From the NCBI GenBank assembly GCA_018824145.1, contig JAHJHC010000032.1, positions 5,330 to 69,329 on the forward strand: 64,000 bases of DNA, given 5' to 3'. How positions within the stretch are numbered: position 1 is the stretch's first letter; each line of letters starts with the position of its first letter. The DNA comes from Candidatus Omnitrophota bacterium (GTDB lineage Bacteria; Omnitrophota; Gorgyraeia; Gorgyraeales; Gorgyraeaceae). Below are positions 22,901 to 37,900 of the stretch, piece by piece. The position numbers and the translations under genes are program-made. The notes beneath the pieces were generated by a model that saw nothing but the letters and a program-made list of their open reading frames with translations, was not told the DNA's origin and did not search any database.

Positions 22901-25900
22901 ATCGTCGGATTTGAAGTAGCATTTTTTATACGGATCTGACATGCATTGCTCTTCATGTCAGGGATCTTGCCGTGAACATCCCAATTTGCTACACTCCAGG
23001 TCTTATTATCACCATCACCGCAGGCAGTTCCTCCTGCACCATTAATGCTCAATAACCACTGGTTACCGTCATAAAAATCTATCCATACAGTGGATATAGC
23101 ACCATAGGCATTCCATGTTATAAGTCTTCCTGTATCCTTTACATTCCAGTCCACGCCTGGTGTCTGAACACTAATCTTGCCTCTTATAGTAACATCAGCG
23201 CCTGATGTAGATGCTACATCATCATAATCAGTCTCGTTATAATCCTTTACCCTGATCCTTGCGATCGTACTGAGAGGTGTATCTCTCTGTATATCCCAGT
23301 CATAGAATCCCTTTGCAACAGGAGAAGTATCTTTATCAAACGCTATTTCATTATCAGCCTGCGTCTGGCCTATAATAAGATACTCGTCCCCGCCAAATGC
23401 ACCTGAAGGCGATATCTCGATCTTGACAAATGCAATATTTCCATGCTGGACATCCCATCTGATCCTCTTATCCTGATCAGTTATGTACCAGGTCGGCTGC
23501 TGCAGGTCAGGATCTGTTATCTTAACTTTTCCTTTTATCTTGAATGGCGGAGATTCGGAATCTATATCCGCATTATTCTTATCCTGGCATTTTATCTTGT
23601 AGCTGGTGCCTATAAACTCAGGCGGAGACCAGCTTGTAATATGCTCTGTCTCTGCACCGACAAAATCTATTACTCCATTTGTCCCAAGGTCAGTCATGAG
23701 GTCCCAGCTGTCTCCATCCCATAAGTATAGTTTCACGCCTTCTATATTTCCGTATCTTTTGAATTTAATGTTCTTGGCAATACCTGCTTCATATACATTG
23801 TACCCTTCGGTCCCATCATCAGGCCATAGCATCTCTACAGAACCCCTTGTCGTAAACTGGTCTGATAGAATTGCCAAAGTGTATGTCTCACGGTCTTTAT
23901 CCACGACCTTTATCTCTGCTGTAGGTGAAAGCACTACCTCTTCGTCAATATACCAGCCCCATGTCCCGTTTAATCCGTCTCCACCATGTGAAGGTACGGT
24001 CTCAGCATCGTTAAGTAAATCCCATGCAGTCTGGTCGTCTGGCCTATAATATATATTCACATTCGGGAAAGTGCCCCATTTCTGCCATTCAATAGTCTCT
24101 GTATCATTAGCTTCCCATGAATCATTGCTGTCAGGTTGCAAAACCTTACATTTTGGGGCAATAGTAAAGTTAGCTGCAGATATTCCTTGAGCAGCAGAAT
24201 TATCCGGGTCTGTAATTTTAATCTTACAAAGCTGTGACATAACTGTCGCAGGAGATGTCCAGGAGTAGCTTTCGTTATTAGAGACAAGGGTAGTTGTATC
24301 TGCTTCAAGATTATTAACTATGTTATACCAATTAGTGCCGTTCGTTGTGTATTGCATCAATACATCGCTTATCAATGTCCCTGTCTTAGCCCAGGTAACT
24401 ATCGCAGCCCTGTTAGAGACAACAACTGTATCTTCCGGGTCAACAGCAGTAACAGCTATAGTCTCGAATTTTCCTGCGATATGGAATGTTACAGAGTTAT
24501 ATTGAGTCAGAGGTCCTCTATCAGTATCATTATCCTGTAGTCTTATCTGGGCGCTTTCTGTAACATTATCTCCGACAGTGCCGCTCCCTTCAGGGTCTTC
24601 AAATGTCCATGGGCTTGAATTCGCGGCTATAGTAGTAATGTAGTTGAAGCCGGCCCCGTCATCATAATCTGCATAAACATCTAACTGGGTAATTTCTGTT
24701 CCAAAAGCTGACCATATTACCTGACGGCTGTCATCTCCGATAAACCAGTCAGCATCCAGTGAAGGAGATGCACCGTATTGTATTCTACCAAGCATCCTGA
24801 ATGCAGATGAATCTGCGTATATCTTATCCTGGAAATCTGTATCTGCGTCTCTTACCCGTACTATCGCAGAATCAAAACTCAAGGCAGCTGGAGCAGTAAT
24901 AGTATTGCATATTTCATGGGTAGTTACAGCCCCGCCTGTATTAAGCGCTGTATCAGGTGTCCCGCCTGTTGCAGTGTATAGAATCTGAACTTCACTTATA
25001 AGGCCTGGAGTAGCTATGTCATTCTCTGTCCAGGTCACTGTCTGACTCCCTAATCCTGCTCTCCATATAGGAGGATTAGAGCCTTCATCTCCTGTTGAAG
25101 GTGTAATCGTTACGCCTGTTATAGTAGGATATACACTAAATGTGCCTTGAGATTCGCCTGATACAGTAGGTGAAGATTCTGCGTTTCGTACCCGTATCGT
25201 ACAGTTAATGCTTTTTACATCAGGTACCTGCGGTACGTTATAGGTCTCCTCATTACCGTCTCCGTTAGTTGATATCCCGCCTACAGCAAGGTCATGCTCT
25301 GCTGCGCCGTCATACAGATAGATATATACTGTCCCCATGGTGTCGCCGTATGTTGTGAATTTAACCTGTTTATCAGAATCCCCGGGATGCCAGTCCGTAG
25401 AAGGCAGATAATCAACCGTGGGGGTTTTAACTGCAATTTTTCCCCTGATTAATATAGCTGGAGATGCAGCAGTTATTACAGTCGGAAAGTCTGTCTCATT
25501 GTCATCTCTGACCTTAAATTTAGTTGTATCACTTAGCACTGCTGTCACAGGGACAGTCCAACTATAACTTCCGCTTCCTACAGGAGTTGCCACTCCATTA
25601 AATGCACTTACATTAAAAGGATTCAGGTTTGTATCTACTACATATTCATCTCCCGTAAAGTTCCCTGATGGTGAAGCTATGATTTCCACTTTACTTATCT
25701 CACCATGATTTACATCCCAGGATATGGTTTTATTTGTATCTGTTATGTTCCAGGTATCAGTCGAAGATGGGGCTGTTAATGTAAGTTGTCCTTTTACTCT
25801 AAAATTACCGCTTTCTACAAATGTTCCGTCTGCGCCTGATTTTTCATAATTCGTATCTTCCACCAGTATATTATAACTTATACTTAGCGGGGTCTCCGGG

Positions 25901-28900
25901 ACTATCCATGCTGATGCAAGTGACTGTTGTGTAGCTGCGGTAGTGGCAAACGTCCTATCAGCTGTAATCACGTTCGAGAAAGTTACCCCGTCTGTTGCGT
26001 ATTTCACATTAACAGCATTGATCCTTCCGTCTCTTTCCCAGGTTATCTGGGTCGAGGCTCTTCCTGTAAATCCATTAGCGAATGTAGCTGCAGAAGGTGT
26101 TATTATCCTTAACTGTCCCTTTACTATAAAGTCAAGGGATTCGTCAGTTACATATGTACCGAATGTAGAAGTGTCTTCTACTGTTATATATGAATCATCT
26201 CCTGCATCCACCCTTGTTATATAATCTCCTGTAGCTGGATTCGTCGGTATGGTCCAATCATATGAACCTTTGTTCGGAATAGTGTCATCTTCATCTGCAT
26301 CTCCATCACCATCATCATCTTCAGCTGCCATTGTAGAAACCAACTCTACATATCCTACACCACTATCTCTGGAATATAATATCTTTACGTTAGTTACAGG
26401 TCCAAAAACATCCCATGATATGGTATTTGCTGTTGCACCATCTGCTGTCCAAATCAACCCTTGAGTAGGAGCTGTAATAGCAATATTTCCACAAATCACA
26501 AATTCATTCGATAACTTTGCTGTCGACGGCTGGTCAGGTGTGCTTGACGTAATCCTGAATTTTATATCCTCTGCTGCCAAGTTCAATGGTAATAAATTAT
26601 CATGTGCCCCGACTCTATCCCAGGTATATGTGTTTTCATTAGCTACACCAGACCCGTGTTTATTATTGGCTATACCGCTCTTTATCAATAACCATTCACC
26701 GGATGCACCTGAATCTTTATTCCAGTATTCTAATTTCACTGCAGAAACATTATCACCTATGGTATTCCACCTGATTTGAATACTCGGAGTGGTTGATGCA
26801 ACATGGAATGTCTCTCCGCCTACAGGATACGCAAACGTAAATGAGGCAGTTATCTTAAATGCCTCAGATGTTGTAGTAGTTACGGATTCATAGTTACTGT
26901 CAGCATCCTGGAGCCTTATCTGTACATTATTCCCAATCTCATTAGGAACTCCATTCGGATCCCATGCTCCGCCAGCAGATGCTGGGTTGTAGCCTGCGCT
27001 TCCCTGGGTTGCGTCAACATTTGCCTTTAAAAGTACTTCGGGATCTCCGGTCCCATAACCGTCATAGTCTATATATATATCCACTGCGCTTATATCCCCG
27101 TCATAATGCCACTTGATCAGCTTATCAGTTGCACCTACCTGCCAGTTATGTGTATCATCAGGCTCATCTATGAATATCTCACCACAAACCTTGAAATTTG
27201 CAGGTATCATGGCATTTATATAATCATCAAAATTAGAATCTGCATCCCGGACTGCAATACGGCCTTGCAGGGTCCTTTCTGTCGGTACAGTTATTGTTGC
27301 GCAACTTCCTTGAGCAGTACTCCAATTATCCACTATCGGAGTATCAGTTTCAAAATTAAACCCTCCTGTTCCTGTAGATGAATAATATATATCTACTGTC
27401 GTAAGTTCAGCACTCGTCTCTGTCCACGTCACTGTCTGATCAGCTGCCTCAGCTATCCATACACCTGCTGTATTAGGCGGATCCGTCGGGGTTATTGCTA
27501 CATTTGATATAACTGGATATGTGCTGAATGTACCACCTGACTCGCCTTCTGCAGTCGGAGAAGATTCTGCATTCCTCACCCGAATCGTACAGTTATGGCT
27601 CTTTACATCAGGAACTGTAAATTCACCGCTGCCGCCAAATGTCTCTTCACTTCCATTGCCGTTCGTTGCTATACCGCTACCTCCATCTATCTGATGCTCT
27701 GCTACTCCGTCATATAAATAGACATATACTGTACTCATGGTATCGCCGTATGTTGTGAATTTTACCTGTTTATCTGTATCCCCTACGTTCCAGTCATCAC
27801 TGGGCAAATAATCTACTGTAGGTGTCTTTACTGTAATTTTACCTCTAATATACATTGCTACTGACGCTGCGCTTATTACATCAGCATAATCTGTCTCGTT
27901 CATATCCCTTACCTTGAATTTAGTAGTATCACTCAGGACCGCTGTAACTGGTATGGTCCACTGATAACTTCCGCTTCCTACAGGAGTTGCTGCTGCACTG
28001 AACGCACTTACGCTAAATGGATTCAAGTTTGTATCAACTACATATTCATCCCCTGTGAAATTACCTGATGGAGATGCAATAATCTTGACCTTACTTATCT
28101 CACCATGAGCTACATTCCAGGATATAGTCTTATTTGTATCTGTTATATTCCATGTAGTAGTTGATGATGGGGCTGTAAGTGTAAGCGCACCTTTTACTGT
28201 AAAAGGATTACTTAGTACATACGTTCCTGATGTGCCTGACTTTTCGTAATTCGTATCTTCGATGAGTATCTTATAGTCCGGGGTTAAAGGTGTCTCTGGA
28301 ATAATCCAATCTGAAGCAAGTGACTGTTGAGTAGCTGCAGTAGTCGCAAATATACGGTCACTGACTAATGAATTGGAGAAAGTTACTCCGTCTGTTGCGT
28401 ATTTTACATTTACTGCATTGATCCTTCCGTCTCTTTCCCATGTAACAGGGGTTGTTTCTCTTCCTACAAAACCATCAGCTAATGTGGCCACAGACGGCGC
28501 TATTATCCTTAACTGTCCTTTTACTATAAAGTCAAGGGATTCATGGCTGACATACTGTCCGAAGGTTGAAGCATCTTCTACCTTTATATATGAACTCTCA
28601 GATGCATCTACCCTTGTTATATAATCACCTAATGAAGGATCTGTTGGTATAGTCCACTGGTACGCTCCTTTATTTGCAGCTGCATCTCCTGCTTCAGCTG
28701 ACATTGACGAAACCAACTCTACATAATTTGACTTACTGTCTCTTGAATAAGCTATCTTTACATTAGTCACAGGTCCGTATACATTCCATGATACGGTATT
28801 AGCTGTTGTGCCGTCTGCAACCAATGTCAATCCCTGGGTAGGAGCAGTAACTGCGATATTTCCGCAGATTACAAATTCATTCGATACCTTTGCTGTTGAA

Positions 28901-31900
28901 GGTTGCAGTGGAGTACTCGACGTAATCCTGAACTTTATATCTTCTGCAGCCAGATTCAGAGGCAGCAGATTATCATGCGCACCAACTGTATCCCATGTAT
29001 ATGTATTTTCATTAGCAACTCCTGAGCCGTGTTTATTATTGGCAACTCCATTCTTTATCAACAGCCATTCACCTGATGTCCCTGAATCCTTATTCCAGTA
29101 TTCGAGTTTTACTGCAGAAACACTATCACCTATAGTATTCCATTTAATTACAAAGGATGGCGTCAATGAAGTAACATGAAACTCCTCACTGCCTACAGGA
29201 TACGCAAATGTAAATGAGGCTGTTATTTTAAATGCCTCTGATGTAGTAGTAGTTGCATCATCATAATTATCATTGGCATCTTGGATCCTTATCTGTACAT
29301 TATTCCCGACTTCATTAGGAACACCAGCCGGATCCCATGCCCCACCAGCAGATGCTGGATTATATCCTGCTACTCCGTCATCTACGTCAACATTGGCTTT
29401 TAAGAGCACCTCACTTGTTCCGGTGCCATAACCGTCATAATCTATATATATATCTACAGCACTTACATCTCCGTCATAATGCCACTTGATCAGCTTATCA
29501 GTTGCACCTACCTGCCAATTATGTGTATCATCAGGCTCGTCTATATATATCTTACCAGCTACCCTGAAGTCTGTCTGCATCATGGCATTTACATCATCAT
29601 CAAAGTTGGAATCTGCATCCCGGACCGCGATACGTCCCTGCAGGGTCCTTGTTGAAGGTACTGTTATTGTGGCGCAGCTTCCTTGAGCAGTAGACCAATC
29701 ATCCATTATCGGCGTATCTGTCCCAAAGTTAAAACCTCCTGAACCTGTTGAACTATAGTAAATATCTACTGTATCAACCTGTGCGCTTGTATCCGTCCAT
29801 GTAACTTCCTGGTTAGTAGCACCTGTTATCCATACGTTTGCTACATCCGGTGGATCTGTAGGAGTTATTGCGACATTTGATAAAACAGGGTATGCGCTGA
29901 ATGCACCTGATTCTCCTTCTACATCAGCATCGACTCTTATCACTGTATCCCTTACCCTGACTGTACAGGCATTGCTCTTTACATCAGGAACTGACGACGG
30001 TAGAGTAAAGTCCTGCGGGTTGCCATTACCTGCTGTTGCTACACCGCCGCTGTCTAATTGATGCTCGACTCCGTCATCACCGTCATAGAGAAATACATAT
30101 ACAGTGCCTAAAGCACTTCCATAGGCAGAGAATTTTACTATCTTACCTGTATCTCCGACTTTCCAGTCAACGAACGGAGAGTAATCTACTGTAGGTGTCT
30201 GGACTAGAATATTAGCCCTCATATCCATGGCAGCTGAGGCATTGCTCTTTATATCTGTAAAACTTGCATTGTCATGCACTACCTTGAATTTTATGGTATC
30301 CACAAGGGGTGTACTAATAGGGATAGTCCAAGGATAGTTTCCGCTTCCTACCTTTGAAGGCAATAAACCTGTATTGAACGCCTCTACATTGAATGGATTA
30401 AGGCCTGTCACAACATCATATTCGTCTCCTGAGAAATTTCCGGAAGGAGACGCAATTATTTTTACATAATCCAATTGCCCGTGGTCTACCTCCCAGGATA
30501 TGGTCTTTTCCTCTGTTATCCTCCATGTAGCTGTAGCTGTAGGGGCAGTAAGGGTAAGTGCGCCTTTGATCCTGAAAGCATCACTTGGGACAAATGTTCC
30601 GTCTGTGCCTGACTTTTCATAATTTGCGTCTTCAATCAGTAATATATACTCGTCAGTTACCGGGGTCTCCGGTACCTGCCATTGGCTCGCTGTGGATTGT
30701 TGTGTAGAATTTATAGTCGCAAATGTGCGGTCTTGAGCTATTACATTGGAATAATTATCAACACCATTATTTGTAGAGTATTTTACGTTTACTGCATAGA
30801 TACGTCCGTCTCTTTCCCATGTTATAGTATTGGAACTCGCACAGTTTAAACCTGCCGAAAGCGCGCCTACAGTAGGTGCTATCAGCCTTAATTGACCTTT
30901 TACCATAAAGTCAAGAGATTCATCTGTGGCATATGTATCAAACGGAGCTACTGCATCAGATACCTTTATAAGTGAACCATGAGCGGCATCTACTCTGGTA
31001 ATAAAGTCGCCTTGTGCTGGGTCTGTTGGGATAGTCCATTGATATGCGCCTTTATTTGCTGCTGCATCTCCTGCTTCTCCTGACTGCTCAGTGAGCTCCA
31101 CATAAGATTCACTTACGTCTCTGGTGTAGAATACCTTTACGTTGCCCACAGGTCCGAAAACATTCCATGACACTGTATTAGCTGTTGTACCATCCGCAAC
31201 CCACGTTACACCTTGTGTAGGGGCAGTAACTTCTATATCTCCGCATAGCACAATAGTAGCTGATTCCAATTCTGTATCTGGCTGGTTCGGAGTTACGGCT
31301 GTAATCCTGAATTTAACATTTGTCGCAGCAAGGTTTACTGGAAGCGGCCCTGTTGAATCAGCATCCCATGTATAACTATTTTCAGTGTCTCCCCAGCTAT
31401 TGTTGGCAAGGCTGGGTTCTATGGGAGTCCATCCATTAACATTATGGAAATACTCGAGTTTCACTGCGGTTATATTCGTACCGCTGGTCTTCCATTTTAT
31501 GAGGTACCCAGTAGGATCTGTATCATCATCAATGTGATGAACTTCTCCTACTGCAGCGGGTTTTGTAAACTCAAATCCGCCAAGTATAGGGAAAGGATCT
31601 GATGTATCAGTTGTTACAGTATATGCATCAACATCATCTATTTTAATCTTTACATTGTTTCCAACATAATCACCTATACCTTCGTCAGTCGGATCTCCGG
31701 GATCTTCCCATGTCCAGCTATTATACCCGCTTGAACACGCAATCGTAGTAAGTGTCTCATCCATAGTGCCATCACCATTATAGTCAGCATAAATCTTTGC
31801 ATCCCCTATAGTACCTTTAACATTCCATTCAATCAGACGGGTCGTATCCCCTACTGTCCAGTCCAAACACGTGTCATCAGGCTTAGAAATAACGATCTCA

Positions 31901-34900
31901 CCTATGACGTCAAATGGATTTGATTCTCCATAGACAATGCCAGTATAATCTACAGGAGAAGTCTGGGCATCCTCTATACGAATATTCGCGCTGTTTGTAA
32001 GGGTTGCAGGAAGCACTACAGTGGAGGTATATGATAAACTGGCTGGAGGAATACCTGTCTTATCTATATTAGATGCAAGGGTCTTTGGATATCCTGCGCC
32101 TGAATTACCATCTTCCAGAATTATATTAATGTTCGTGGTCGGAGCAGCTATTGCACTCCATTCAATAAGATTACTATTACTTTCAGCTATCCACGCCTGT
32201 GAAGGTGTAGTAACTGTTATTTTTGGCTTTAATGTAAAAAAGGTTGTTTCTACATCGATATCATTATTCTGGTTCGATATAACACGGATCTTACATTGCT
32301 CACTTCTCTGCTGTTGTTTTGTATCTGCAGCATGCCATAAATAAGTATTGGTGCCTGACTTAAGGCCTGCTGGATTATTATCATGTCCGTCATATGCATT
32401 ATCGATCGTAGTGTATCCTGTACCTTCAACATAAAGTTCGATCTTTACAGTTGACATAATACCAGTTGCTTCCCAAGTAACATTATGGTCTTCTCCAACA
32501 TACCATGTCCCAGGTGTAGTGATCGAGGTAAGGTCTCCTTTAATAATAAATGTATCACTTTCATCCTGCAGTTCATATGGAGCGCCCAGGCCATCATAAT
32601 TTATTGCAGTGGTACGGATCTTACACAAGTTATAAATCTTATCGGGGACTGTCCAGCTTAGAGTAACTCCAGTTTCACCGGATGCTCCTGGAGTCCGTGA
32701 ATCAGGAAGGCCTGATCCTCCTGCATTGTCCAGCCAGTCACTTCCGTCCCATAATTCAAATTTAAGATTCCCTGTATCTCCGTACTTCTTCCATTTTACT
32801 GTAACACTGTCTCCAACAGTCATCTCCTGATCCAACACAGGCTGCATCATCTCTAATTGGCCGACAACAATATTTGCCTCACCTACAGCAGTTTCTGCAT
32901 ACACATCCTGTCCATCAAGGGCATCTTCAACTCGGAAAAGCACCTTATTGTCCATAGCTGGATTTGTTATATCAGAATCTATAGCAGTATAATCTGTAGA
33001 AGTTACGCCTCCTGCTAAATCACTGCCGATCTGTGTCCACTGTGTATCACCGATATTCTTATAAAATGCCTTTAAATTAGTAAAACTACCGACATTCGAC
33101 CAATTAATAGTATGTACTCCTGATCCTATTGTTATGGTCTCATTCTTTGTACTGGGATCCCCAGGCGGCTGGTCAAATAAAATATTTCCTTTAAAGGCAT
33201 GTGTAGGAGAACCAGCCATTATAGGCCCGAATATATCAAATTCGTGGTTCATCTCTCCTACTCTGATCTTCACTTCAGGCGCAGTACTTTCAGGGATATT
33301 AACAGTATAAGGCGTCCCAGGGACATTTGTGCAATAATCAGGGGCAATTTCAGTGGCTCCGGAGAATGCTACCCATGAACCATCAGGATAACTTGCTCCT
33401 GAGTTTGTATTATACATAATCTTTACATTCCCTACGTCACCCTTTACATTCCACTCTATGTCTCCTGTACTCAAGACATTGTATCCCTGATTAGTTAGAG
33501 GGCTGTCAATAACGATTTTACCTCCTATACTAAAAGTCGGAGATATAGAAACAACATCCGTATCTTCATATTTCACCTGCTCATCATCTTCTTCCACTCT
33601 TACCAGCTTGATCTTCGCATTATTATGCGCAACAGTATTAGTCTCAGGGATCGTCCATAAAGAACCACTGGCTGTAGACGCCCATGTTGGCTGTTCATAC
33701 CAATTGGTTCCATCAGGTGTAGAATAGAGTCTCACCCAGCCAATTAAACCTGTTGTGGTCCAGGTAATGGCTTTACTTTGTTCTATAATCCACAGGTCGC
33801 CGATACCAGGCGGAGTCCCTATAAAAATCCTTGGTTTTATCTCAAAGTCATACAGAGATTCATCTGATACAGAGGTATCATTATGGTCTCTTACACGCAC
33901 TCCGGCCTTATCAGTTGTAATTGTCTGCCTGTCATTCTCAGCAGGTATACTCCATGAGTAAGGTGAAGATCCTCCTCCGATTTGCGATGCAATCGTAAAA
34001 TCTGTATAATCATTATTCCCGCTATCTGTATCTAAGAGTATATCTACTTCAGCTATACCACCTGTAACAGTCCATGTAATAGTCGGAGCGCCTGTAGCAG
34101 GCGGCTGTGAAAATCCGTCAACAAACCATAACTCTATATTCTGGTCATCCATGCCAGGTGAACCTAAATACACAGCACCTTTTACTACAAAATTACTCTG
34201 AGAGTTCGCAAAGACATAGGTACCGTCATTATTATCATAAATCTTTACTCTATATGTTATACCAGCTGTGGCAGGAACCTGCATTGAATGATGGCAAATA
34301 TTGCTTCCATCTTCATTTTTGTCATGAGCAACAGTAGCTACAGGTATATCATATAAAGTGCCTGAATCATCATCATAGTATATTTCGCATGTACCTAAGT
34401 CCCCCTTATATCTCCACTGCACATCTATATCCGCGCCACCCACATAATATACCTCGCCACCGTTAGGCGCTTCCATCCAATGGTTCTTTTCGCCTCCTGA
34501 TATTGCGTAAAGTTTACCTTTAATATGGAAGTCAATATCCGTAGCATGCTTTACACTGGTCTCGTCTGCGTCTTCTATCTTTATCTCATTACCGGAAGTA
34601 GTACACTTATTTGCAGGGACTGTCCAATCGTAATAGCTGTTACCACTTGCCGGTAAAGTAGTTATAGGCGTCCCAACATTTCCTAAACCATCTTCCCATG
34701 TTACACCATCCGGCGCATAATATAATTTTAAATCACCAAGGTCATACCCGCCCGTCTTACCCACGTTGTCATTAACTACCCACTCGATCCTGAAGGTCTC
34801 TTCAGCGATCAATGCATCAGCATTTATATTGCTTGCATCCGGGCTAGTTATCTCTAACTTGCCTAGTACAGTCAGTTCTGAAGATTCCTTATATACATCA

Positions 34901-37900
34901 GTCGCATGGGCAACGCTCTCAACCCTTATACGTATATCATTGTCAGGAGGAGTAACTTGCTTGGTAACAGGGCAATCTATCTTCGGCCATGAAAACGAAT
35001 CTACATTTGATATACCACTCGCTATAGTACCACCCCAACCCCCAGTTCCTCCCTCTGTATCATATTTTACATTCACAGTCTGTACACCGTTTGTTCCTGT
35101 GCCTCCGCCTTCTGTCTCCCATGTAATATTATAGTTAGTAGTTCCTACATAAACAGTTCCAGTAGATGGAGAAAGATTGACAAACCTTGCCTTGATAGTA
35201 AGTTTATCTGCAACAGATATAGATTCTATGCGATCATCGTCTTTTGCCCTGATTTTTATCCTTATCTGTGAATTCAAACCATTGTCTCCAACCTTAAAAA
35301 CAGTATCATCATCTGGTATAGTCCATGTATATGACTCATCAGTTGCAGTAACTACACCTGGAGTATCAACAATAGCATTAGTGTAGTTATCAGAACCATT
35401 ATTCTTTGAATAATAAATATAAATGTCTCCTATGCCTGAACCTTCTGCATCCCAGATAATAGCATTCTGGGCCCCGCATTCCCAATCAGGGCTCACAGCA
35501 GGAGAGCCGGCATTCTGCGGAGGTGTTGTAAGCTCCAGACTCCCAAGGATAGCAAAGTTATTTAGTGATGCGTCACTTACATCATCTTCATCTCCTACCT
35601 TAACAGAATACACCTTTATCTTACATTGCTGGCTTACAATGCCCGGAAGATTCTCAATGGTCCAAGTGTAATAAGACTCATCCTCATATGTAGTATCATA
35701 ATTATTTTCAGAAGGGATGGAGCCGCCTAGTAAGGCATCATAGTCAGTGCCGCCATTTGTCGAGTATGCTATCATTACATCTCCAAAATCAAAATCAACA
35801 GGCTTCCACCTTATATCCATTGTCTCGCCTATTGTCTTCACTATACCTGTAGCATCAGGATAGCTCAGCTTGATCTGGGGTTTTACAGCAAAATCAGCTG
35901 TCCCTGTATTTGATTCACCAGCAGTCCCTGTAACCAGATCTTCATCTCCCTGTAAGGCCACCATTATCATATCGTTTGCCCCTTCATGCACAGGAAGGAC
36001 TGTCCAGTTGAATGTTCCAGCTGTGATGTCAGTTGTATCAGGCGTGGTCAGTTCGTAAGTATAGTTGCTTCCGCTGTTCTTTGAGAGCATTATCTTGGCC
36101 CATCCGGTTATAGATCCGTTCACATCCCAGGTTATAGCAGTTGTCTCACTTGTGTCAGAGATCTTAACAAAATTTGTAGTCGGAGCTGTAACTACTATAG
36201 ATCCTTTTATCTTGAATGCAGGGCTTTCATGATATATATTCGTCAGACTGTAGTCCTGGACCTTTACATAGACTTCATTATCCAGGTCATTAGGGATAGT
36301 CCATGCATATTTTAAATCAGTTGAAGGCTTATCTACTCCAGGGGCTATTTCAGCGTAGCCACCAGCCCCTTTCTTATAAAACACCTTTACCTTATCATCA
36401 GTTGTGCTCCCCTTTAAAGTCCACTCTATATCCCTCTGGGTTCCATATCTCCACACATCATTAAGTTCCGGCTTTGTAATTGTAACTACCTGCTCTATTG
36501 TGAAGACAGCAGCTGATTCATCATCAATATCACTAGGATATGCAGCACTCTCTATTCTGATCATGGCTTGTGTAGATTCCGGAGCTGGAACAGGATCCCA
36601 TGTCCAAAAACACTGGTTCGAATATGTAGTATTATAATTATTCGCCACATCGATCCCGACTCCGCCGTTTAACTTTTCCCATGTACCTCCAGTATTCCTT
36701 GAAATGGATATATATACCTTATTATTACCAACAGGCCCTACATCACCTTCGTATTCCCATATAATGTCATGGGAAGTACCCACCTGCCATGAAGGCGCGC
36801 CACCATCATGCTGAATAAGGGTCACGGTAGCGTCTATGTCAAAAACAAGGTCAGATTCATCCTCTACTCCTGTAAGCTCAGCCTGTGAACTCTCTATCTT
36901 GACCATGGCTTCATCACTTATAGGCAACTCCGGAGTCCACTGGTAATAGGATTGGTTCGTATAGGTAGTATTGTAATTTAGATTCGCTGCTACTTCATCT
37001 ATATACTCCCATGCAACACCGCTATTCCTTGATACGTAGAGTTTCACATTGGTCGTGGACAGGTTGCTTGTATTTGACCATACAATATGTCCGTTATCAC
37101 CTGTGGTACTGCCTGTAATCCATCTCTCATCTCCACCCATAGGCTCTACAAGTGTTATTGAACCTTGTTCTATAGTGATGCTGGCGCTTTCGCCGTATAC
37201 AGTCGAATCCGCTATGTCAGACTGGACTACCTTTATCTTGGCGTAATCATCCTGAGCAGGCTGGACAAGACTAAAAGGTATATCCCAATCATATGAACTC
37301 CCAGTGCCGGATGCCCCTGCAGGCTCATCCAATTTAATAGGCGTGTTATATGATAAGCCGTCATTATTTGAATAAAATATATTTACCGTGCCATCAGTAA
37401 TGCCTGTACCGAAATGTCCATGTTTCATCCAGGAAATAGTCTTATCCTGCTCACCAAGATACCAGGTTGTAGGAGAAGTAGGAGTTACACTGGTTATACG
37501 GCCTCTTAATGTAAACGGCTGAGATATAGTTTGTACAGTTGTATTCGGGGAATCAGGGTCATAATTTGAAGTTATCTTAATGACACAATTCGTGCCGATT
37601 AAGTTCTCTCCGTCTATTGCAGCAGGTATTGTCCAGGGAAAAGTGCCGCTTCCGCCGTCGCCTGCTCCGGTACCGACACTGGTAGTAGTGCTTAACGGCG
37701 TACTAAGGTAAGTCTGTCCTCCGTCAATAGAAAGCTTTATTGTAACAGTTGTCGTACTTAAAGTATCCAGGTGCCCCAAATAGTCCCACGTAATATCCTG
37801 CTGTTCCCCTATCCTCCAGGTATTTGGCGGCTGGTCAATAGTCAAAACTCCTTTTATAATAAAATCCTCATTGGATATATCAATGTTTCTTGCTGACATA

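Noticed and set aside
35680-36990. Three NY(N/D)TTY loop motifs as N-glycosylation signals
   Set aside because: Only two carry an N-x-T sequon and no oligosaccharyltransferase is visible; best explained by module duplication.
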